Shown in pieces: positions 57,517-64,000 of a stretch of 64,000 bases of DNA. The DNA comes from Camelus ferus (lineage: Eukaryota). The stretch's first letter is position 1, and the number at the start of each line of letters is the position of its first letter. The stretch covers positions 16,492,001 to 16,556,000 of the forward strand of contig NC_045729.1 in assembly GCF_009834535.1 (NCBI RefSeq). The letters run 5' to 3'. The notes beneath the pieces are model-generated. The model saw only the letters and a list, made by a program, of their open reading frames with translations. It was not told the origin of the DNA and did not search any database. Position numbers and translations under genes: made by a program.

Positions 57517-57633
57517 CAGGGAGGGTAACGGCTCAGTGGTAGAGCGCACAGTTAGCAAGCACTAAGTCCTGGGTTCAATCCCCAATACTTCCACCAAAAA
57601 AAAAAAAAAAAAAAAGGAAGGAAGGAAGAAAGA
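57517..57633 (+). mobile_element. Vic-1-like SINE inserted at the 5' TSD of an L1 fragment
   Basis: tRNA head, A20 and (GGAA/GAAA)n tail; flanks AAGAAAGGCCAGG / AAGAAATGCCAGG. Confidence 0.88.
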
Positions 57634-57646
57634 AAGAAATGCCAGG

Positions 57647-57860
57647 TGGAGGGGGAAAGGGCAAGAAAGGGTAGGGGATTAAGAGAAACTACTATGTATA
57701 AAATAAGCAACAAGAATATGTTGTACAACCCAGGGAAATACAGCCATTGTTTCATAATAGCTTTAAATGGAGTATAATCTATAAAAATACTGAATCATTC
57801 TGCTTTACACCTGAGACTAATATAATACTGTAAATCAACCATACTTCAATTAAAAAAAAA
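57647..57860 (+). mobile_element. 5'-truncated L1 3' end (cetartiodactyl type)
   Basis: aactactatgtataaaataagcaacaag...ctgtaaatcaaccatacttcaattaaaaaaaaa, then TSD GGCCAGG. Confidence 0.8.
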
Positions 57861-58579
57861 GGCCAGGATGAGGTGAATGGAAGTCTTTTCCCACAGCAGT
57901 GGAGAGGGTATGAGGTCAACAAGCTCATCCAGGGCCTCTGAGCCTCAGCATCGCCACGATCCCTCACATCTCTAGAGAGATTTTCCATTTTCAAAGCACT
58001 TTCACATACATTAGCGCATGCCAAACCTTTTCAGTAGGTACTACTATCCTCATTTTGCAGAAGAGAAACTGAAGTTAAGCTATCTGCCCCATCATATGAC
58101 TGTTGGCATGGAGCCTGGGGATTTCCAGAAGTCTCCTGGTTCCTGATAAATAGCTATTTTTGCTGCATGTATTCTATGTCCAAGCTGGGATGTGGGGCGA
58201 GGAGGCCAGGAAGGGAGAAAGAGATGGAGGCTGAGGGAATCCAGCCTCAGGGCAGGGCTACTGGGGAAGCGGTAAGGCTGCCTGAGGAGCAGGGAAGTTG
58301 GAGGCCCCAGGTGCGGTCCTGTGGTGACCTCCTTACCAGAACATCTGCAGCTGCACTGATACCCTCTGCAGAGGGGGTGGGGGCAGGGCTCAGAGATGGA
58401 GGCCATGGGGGAAGGGCCACACGGACTGTTCTCTGGGAAGCAGAGTCTTGCCAGGCTGACCCACCTCCACCCCGGCCACATCCCCTCTGGCCCCAGGACC
58501 ACTTTCTGCATCTCTCAGAGGATGGTTCCTAGACCTCCCGCCCCATGGGAGGTATGAGCAGGCAAATTTCAGAGCCCAG

Positions 58580-58770
58580 CCTGGGCTCAGCCAGCTGGCA
58601 CCTGCAGCCCCTTGGAGAAACTGTCAGCCACAGAGTGGAACAGATAGAACTCATCCTCACCCCAGCCTCATTCCCTTCAAAGGGTGAACTCCATCTTGGG
58701 GTGGGCCCGAGCAGGGAAACCTAAGCTCTTCGTTCATCTCCTTAGTGGGAGGTGTAGCAGCCGGGGCCCA
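58580..58770 (-). promoter_or_regulatory. CD4: CD4 proximal enhancer (E4p) orthologue
   Basis: About 5.3 kb upstream of exon 1; - strand CTCTGTGGCTGACAGTTTCTCCAAGGGGCTGCAGGTGCCAGCTGGCTGAGCC matches the mouse CD4-3 region as recalled; tandem E-boxes at 58592-58604. Confidence 0.82.
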
Positions 58771-59089
58771 GGCCTGAGCCCTCATATCTCTGGCAGGTGG
58801 GGCTGGGAGCTTTCTGGGGCTGCCCTGACCCGTGGAGATGAGACCAAATCAGGGATGGGGGACACACTGGCAAATGTGACCACAGGTCTGAATGAGCACA
58901 GCATGGCCTCTTGCCTGACACACTTGACTTGGCAAAGCTCTGGACGTCATTTGGCTTCCAGAACTTCTGGATGGCAGACATGGAGGAGGCTGTCAGGTTC
59001 ATGGCAGGGCTGGGGGTGAAGGTACTCAGAGAGGCCTCTTCCGCTCTTGGCCTAGTTCTCTCTCAGGCACTGTTCCCCACTCTGATGGC

Positions 59090-59522
59090 CTGATGGTGCC
59101 AGACAGCCCTCAATGATCCCTGCCTCCTTCAGTTTACGCCCGTGTGTTATCCCTTCCTACCGAGTGGTCTCTGCGACCAACAGAACAGGACAGACAGAAG
59201 GGATAGAATGTCACTCTCCAAATGAGTTTATAAAGACCTGCTCTGTCGTGAGCGGCCCTATGAAGAGGTCCATGTTGGGAGGGACTACGTCTCAGGCCAG
59301 CAGCCACTTGAGGGAGTCTTCTTGGAACCAGATCCTCCAGCGCAGCCAAGCCTCCCGATGACTACAACCCTGGCTCGTATCTTGGCAGCCACCCTAAAAG
59401 AGACCTGCACCAGAATTACTCAGCCAGGCTGCTCCCAGATTCCTGAACTTGTGAGATAATATGTTTATTGTTTTCAATCACGAGTTTTGTGATTTGCTAT
59501 GTGTCAGTGGACAACTAGCACA
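59090..59522 (+). mobile_element. MaLR LTR (MLT1F/G/H-like)
   Basis: gagacctgcaccagaattactcagccaggctgctcccagattcctga...gtgagataatatgtttattgtttt...gacaactagcaca. Confidence 0.7.
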
Positions 59523-60739
59523 CCTCCTTCCTTTTTAACAAGGGCCTAAGATGATTCTGCCCACAGCCCCCACTAGCTCCCTGCAGATAAACTTGGGGTT
59601 ACAGGATGAATTAACCTAGCTCCCTGGAAGGCCCTAAGAAGACAGGAAAAGGGCTGGAGGTTATCTTGCTGGTTGGGGAGGGGGCTTGGGAGAAGAGGGG
59701 CAGGAGCAGGAATGTGTCACCCTGCTAGGAGAGACCCCACAGAGAAGAGGGTAAGATGAATCAAAGGAGCGCTGTATACACAAGCCCCCTGCCCCCTCTT
59801 CCTTCCGCCCTCTGCTTTCCTCTTCCTTAGTGGGTGGAGGAACAGGTGGCCCTTCGCTCTGCCTGTCCCCTCCCTGTCCCCTTTGTGCAGGAGCGAGGGG
59901 AAGTCCCTGCACAAAGCCAATGACTCCTCAGTAATTCCTCTCACAAGCCCAAAGGGCAGCGGGTGTTACTTAGCAGAGAGGAAAAACGCCACCCACAGAA
60001 ATTTCCAGGAAACCCCAGCACCATTGGAACCTGGTGGAGAGCAGGGCTGTGGGCAGAGCCCAGGAGTCCCCTCGGCAGCGCCCCAAGCCCACGGCACAGT
60101 GTGGGATGCTGCTCCAGTGGCTTCGCAAAGGGAACTCAGGCCTCACCTTACAGTGTGACTATCCCTGGCCAGCTCCTTTCTGTGCCACTGCGTCCCTGCC
60201 TGTGACAAGGCAAGGGCCACCACCCTCCTGAGGCTGGGAAACTCAGATGGCCTTAAACGGTTCATTATTCAGGCTTCAGAGGGCGCCACTCCCCACTTGG
60301 GCTCTGCACAAATTAGATTCCCTGTTCCCTGTCCTCTGTCCCCAAATCTCTGGCCATTGTGTCTCCATGGGGCGGGTCCTCAGCTCCATGGTTTGTGCCT
60401 GTGTCCCCACGCACACAGGCTCGGTGGGACAGCAGCAGGGCCTTTGCCACAGCACGTCTGTGCACCACATGCCTCCTGCTCCTGCAGGCCAGCTCCCCCA
60501 CTTGTGACGTGTTCTCCTTTCTGTCCAGGGTGACAGCGTCCTCAGCCCAAGTCCAGAGCCCTGCACACACTGCAGGCAGAGGGCTGGGTCTCGGTGGGGT
60601 GAGGCGCTGTGTGTGTGTGTGCGTGCGTGCGTGCATGTGCATGCTCTGCTGAAGCCCAGATGAATGTTCCCTCCAAGGGGGGGGGGGGGGAACTTCATCA
60701 TTCCCTGCACAACCACGACCAGATCAGGCCTGCTCCTCT

Positions 60740-60910
60740 TTCGTAAACGGGTGTTCAGCACATGTCACAGTTTTCAAAGCCCTTTTATTATCCAGTATAT
60801 TCTCAACAACCCGTTTGGTTGGATTATCATCATTGTCCCATATAATTGGTGAGTAAACCGAGGCTCAGAAAGACTAGCTCTGGTCACATCAGCACTACCA
60901 GAATCAGAAG
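60740..60910 (-). mobile_element. MIR SINE
   Basis: cattgtcccatataattggtgagtaaaccgaggctcagaa. Confidence 0.6.
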
Positions 60911-61402
60911 CCTGGTCTCCTGACTCCTCGGGCCTCAGCGGCCATCAGAGTCTTGCTGGCTGCTTTCCTCCCCGTGTGGGGCCTCTGTTCCTGGGACTCC
61001 CCTGTGTCAAACTTGGATCCTAAACTTCCCCAGCTGGGAGATGTGCTGCTCAGTCCCTGCCCCGGAGGGAGCACAGGGCAGGAGACAGCTGCTAGTGTGC
61101 TCTCCTGTGCAGACCACGGAGGGTGCAGCCACAAAGGCAGAGCCAGCACGCGGGCATCTGTGCCGCCTGGCCCCCTGGCCCCTCACTGCTATTTTCCCCG
61201 GGCTGCGCCAGCCCGCCCCGTGACCTCGGGTGCTGTGTGACAAACAGAGACCACTGGGTGGCAGTGTGCTCTCATGTCTGGGACCAGACAGGGCGCCCAG
61301 GGCTGAGGATCGTGGGGGTGGGGCGGAGGCTGCCACCCAGGAAAGTTGCGAGACCCCACCTCCGGGAGGACTAGACCCAGCTGGGCTGCCCTGAGAGAGA
61401 CA

Positions 61403-61442
61403 GTGTGTGTATGTGTGTGTGTGCGCGCGCGCGCGCGTGTGC
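61403..61442. repeat. (GT)n(GC)7 alternating purine-pyrimidine tract
   Basis: gtgtgtgtatgtgtgtgtgtgcgcgcgcgcgcgcgtgtgc. Confidence 0.92.
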
Positions 61443-61821
61443 TGCACCCGGAGGGCGAAGCGCGGTGCTGAGGTGGGGTGAGCGTGCGGTGGGTCAGAGG
61501 GACAAAATGTAAAGAAACCAGGGCAGCCACGCAACATGAGCAGAAGGATAGAAGGACGGAGGAGAGGGCTGGAGGGGTGAGGGATGAGGGTGTGTCGGAC
61601 CTTCCAGAAAAAAACGACTGTCCAGGAGAGACAACAGGCAAGAGAGACCAGGAAGGAAAAATCACGAAGAACCAGGAACGGAAAGGCGGCAGATGAGAGA
61701 CTGGCTGGGGAAAGTAGGTCAGGAGACCGGGCTGCGAGAAGGGAGGCCTCCGGGGCTGGGGAGAGACAGAATCTTCCCTGGGCAAGAAGCGGCCAGACTC
61801 GGGCTTGCTGCTGACAGGGAG

Positions 61822-61827
61822 TTTATT
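61822..61827 (-). terminator. LAG3: LAG3 polyadenylation signal AATAAA
   Basis: TTTATT on + strand, about 40 nt after the stop. Confidence 0.8.
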
Positions 61828-61865
61828 TGGACTGAGCTGCGGGTGCACGGGGTGCTCAGCTCCGG

Positions 61866-62018
61866 TCAGGGCTGCTCCGGCTCGGGCTCCGGCTCGGGCT
61901 CCGACTCGGGCTCCAGCTCGGGCTCCGGCTGGGGCTCCGGCTCCAGGTCCCCTGTCTTGCCCTGAGCCTGAGGTGGGTGAGTCCCATGCTCTAAGGCAGA
62001 GAACCTTCTTGGTCGCCA
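61866..62018 (-). CDS. LAG3: Lymphocyte activation gene 3, last exon (FSAL motif, EP repeat)
   Basis: 153 nt; WRPRRFSALEHGTHPPQAQGKTGDLEPEPQPEPELEPESEPEPEPEPEQP*. Confidence 0.97.
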   Translation of the reverse strand, partial: WRPRRFSALEHGTHPPQAQGKTGDLEPEPQPEPELEPESEPEPEPEPEQP

Positions 62019-62277
62019 CTGTGGGAAGACAGACGCAGAGGTAGGAGGATGAGGGGGAGAAGGGAAGGAGAAACCCCTCCCTGCCCACCTGGTCCCAGGC
62101 CTGCTCTCAGCCCCTCTGAGCCTCCCTCTGGTTCTTCAGGCACGAGGGGTCCCTGCAGAGCAGAGGCTCATGGAGAGGGGCTCTAAGGGCAAGTCTAGGG
62201 GTCCACCTTGCCCATCTTCCTGAGGAAAGGGTGCCAGTCAGCACTCTGAGGACTGGGGAGGGGGGTTCCTGGCTCAC

Positions 62278-62405
62278 CCGTCTTCTCCAAAGGTGGAAGC
62301 TAAAGGCTCCAGTCACCAAAAAGAGCAGGAGGAGGACACCAAGGACGAGGAGAGGGAGGTGGCCCGTTTTCCGGGCACCTGGGGCTCTCCCAGAGCGTTG
62401 GGCAC
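62278..62405 (-). CDS. LAG3: LAG3 stalk/transmembrane exon
   Basis: 128 nt; GAQRSGRAPGARKTGHLPLLVLGVLLLLFLVTGAFSFHLWRRR. Confidence 0.96.
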
Positions 62406-62689
62406 CTATGGAGAGAGTGCAGGATTGGATTCGGCAGAGGGTCATGGCTGAAAGGACGTCTTGCCACACCCCCACATTACAGATGTGAACAATGAGACCC
62501 AGGGGGTCCAAGGGATTTGTCCAGGGTCACTCAGCTAATTAGTGGCAGAAGTGGATCAGGCCTAGACAAGAGCCAGAAGTCAGGTCCCTGGTTGGAAAGG
62601 AGAGAGTGGGGATGGGGCGGGAGGGATTCTGGAAGTGGGATGGAGATGACTGCTCGGAGCTGGGGCTATGGTGCTGTGGGGTCTCAGAC

Positions 62690-62932
62690 CTGGGCCAGAC
62701 GGCTCAGTGAAGTATACCGCTGTCCCGAGCAGCCTCTCCCCCTGGTACAGATGGCACTGCCACGGCTGGGAAAGGAGTCTGGCCTCCTGCATCACCAGCC
62801 AGGGGCCTGGGAGACTCCTCCAAGACCGCTTGTCCAGTGGGCTCCACACGAACCGCTCTTGTCCGGATGCAGGAGTCACCTCACAAAGCAGTTTTCTCAG
62901 GTTGCCAGGTAACCCAAAGGATTGGGGAGTCA
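62690..62932 (-). CDS. LAG3: LAG3 Ig domain D4 exon; upstream exons lie right of the window
   Basis: 243 nt; VTPQSFGLPGNLRKLLCEVTPASGQERFVWS...QPWQCHLYQGERLLGTAVYFTEPSGP. Confidence 0.96.
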
Positions 62933-63069
62933 CTGAAAAAATCAGAGGGAAGAGACCTTTAGGGGCCTTGACCCCTTTACATGAAAGCATAGGTTCAACT
63001 CCCAAGTCTCAGTCGCCTTGACTCACCTGGGCTCTGATTGGGTGAGGGTGAGGGGAGGAGATCGGGGTC

Positions 63070-64000
63070 ATGGCCCAATTAATCTTATCAAGGCAAAGCT
63101 CTGGTCAGATCACTCTGCTGCTCCAAAACTTTCCAGGCTCCCTACTGCCTTCAGGGGACTGTTCAAATTCAAACTGGCCCGGATCACGTAACAAATACTA
63201 TTTCAGATTCTTTTACATTACTTTCTACTCGAATGCTCAGAACCCCCTATATTGGTCAGGTGAGTTGGTCCCCAGGATGTCTTGCATTTTCCTTCTTCCA
63301 TGCTGTGGCTCGCACCTGTGTGCCCCCTCCCACCCATGAACTCTATCCCTCTTTCTGAATGTCTAGAGAACAGACTAACTGATCTAGAGACAGCATCTCG
63401 AAGCTGTGCAGTGAGGGGCAGGGTGGGCAGGAGGAGACAGTCGGTGTACAGGCCCCCTGAAGATTTGGTGGCACAGACATCTGAGTTTAGACCCAAGTCT
63501 GGCACTTCTCAGCAGGGTGACCTTGGGAAAGTTCCTTCTCTGTAAAACAGGGGCAACAGTCTCTCTCCCGTTGAGCTGTCATGCAGATAGTGTGGAAAAC
63601 TGACTCAAGACAGCTGACCCTGGAGAAGACCTTGGACAGAAAGACTTGGTAGGCTTTGTCGACTGATGGGACATCGGGGAAGGAGGAGGCCAGGTTTCAG
63701 GAGGAGTGGGACACAACTGGAGTTACTGCTGGAAAGCAGACTTCACAAGGGGACTGGATGTGGGGAAAAGATGGTACTGTGGGGAAAAAGTGCTCCCAAC
63801 GGCTGAGGTGTGGGTACAAGATCTAGGTAGAGATGTGGGAAGCAGGTGGAAATTCAGCATTGGCCTTTGGGAGATGTATTACTTGTTAGCATAGTCATTT
63901 ATTCATTTAACCAACATGCATTATTAAGCACCTACCATGTAGTGCTACCATTTAGTGGCCACAGGCGAGCACTGCAGTGGCAGCCAAGCTGTGGTAGTTA
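63070..64000. mobile_element. L2 and MIR fragments in a LAG3 intron
   Basis: ggtcagatcactctgctgctccaaaacttt (L2); ggtgaccttgggaaagttccttctctgtaaaacaggg (MIR); catttattcatttaaccaacatgcattattaagcacctac (L2 end). Confidence 0.6.

Noticed and set aside
10992-57633. About 12 tRNA-like sequences with A and B boxes as tRNA genes
   Set aside because: They lack a complete cloverleaf and acceptor stem, have A-rich or poly-A tails and TSDs, and are mutually diverged copies; they are tRNA-derived SINEs
59536-59552. AACAAGGGCCTAAG resembling the mouse CD4-2 oligonucleotide
   Set aside because: Opposite orientation and no flanking similarity; the colinear enhancer match is at 58580-58770
61189-62088. 299-aa ORF and Ser-Gly / APAR-repeat ORFs at the LAG3 3' end
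   Set aside because: Alternative and antisense frames of the EP hexamer repeat

Overview
Mammalian genomic DNA, almost certainly a camelid. The evidence is about 12 copies of a tRNA-derived SINE matching camelid Vic-1 and artiodactyl-type CD4/LAG3 proteins. The window is the conserved gene-dense block syntenic with human 12p13. In order it holds USP5 exon 1 (-), CDCA3 (+, 267 aa), GNB3 (-, 340 aa), P3H3/LEPREL2 (-, 728 aa), GPR162 (-, 588 aa, with a 164-N gap in its first coding exon), CD4 (-, 457 aa) and the last three exons of LAG3 (-). I built the exons by hand from GT-AG boundaries; all complete genes splice in frame to a stop. The CD4 promoter/exon 1, intron-1 silencer and proximal enhancer are recognisable from my recollection of the mouse elements. 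I found no new gene family, CRISPR array or RNA gene, and most ORF-track entries are shadow or GC-rich ORFs. The best candidates for undescribed biology cluster at CD4/LAG3: (1) a solo ERV LTR with six CCAAT boxes, two octamers and a TATA box between the CD4 enhancer and promoter; (2) an 18-bp tandem duplication over the CD4 start site; (3) apparent TCF/LEF-site turnover in the enhancer; (4) an extra Cys plus loss of an N-glycan site in CD4 D3, and loop indels in D1; (5) inverted SINEs flanking CD4 exons 2-3; (6) LAG3 KIEELE changed to KTGDLE. Comparisons with human, mouse and cattle are from memory and need alignment. Repeat subfamily names and boundaries are approximate.
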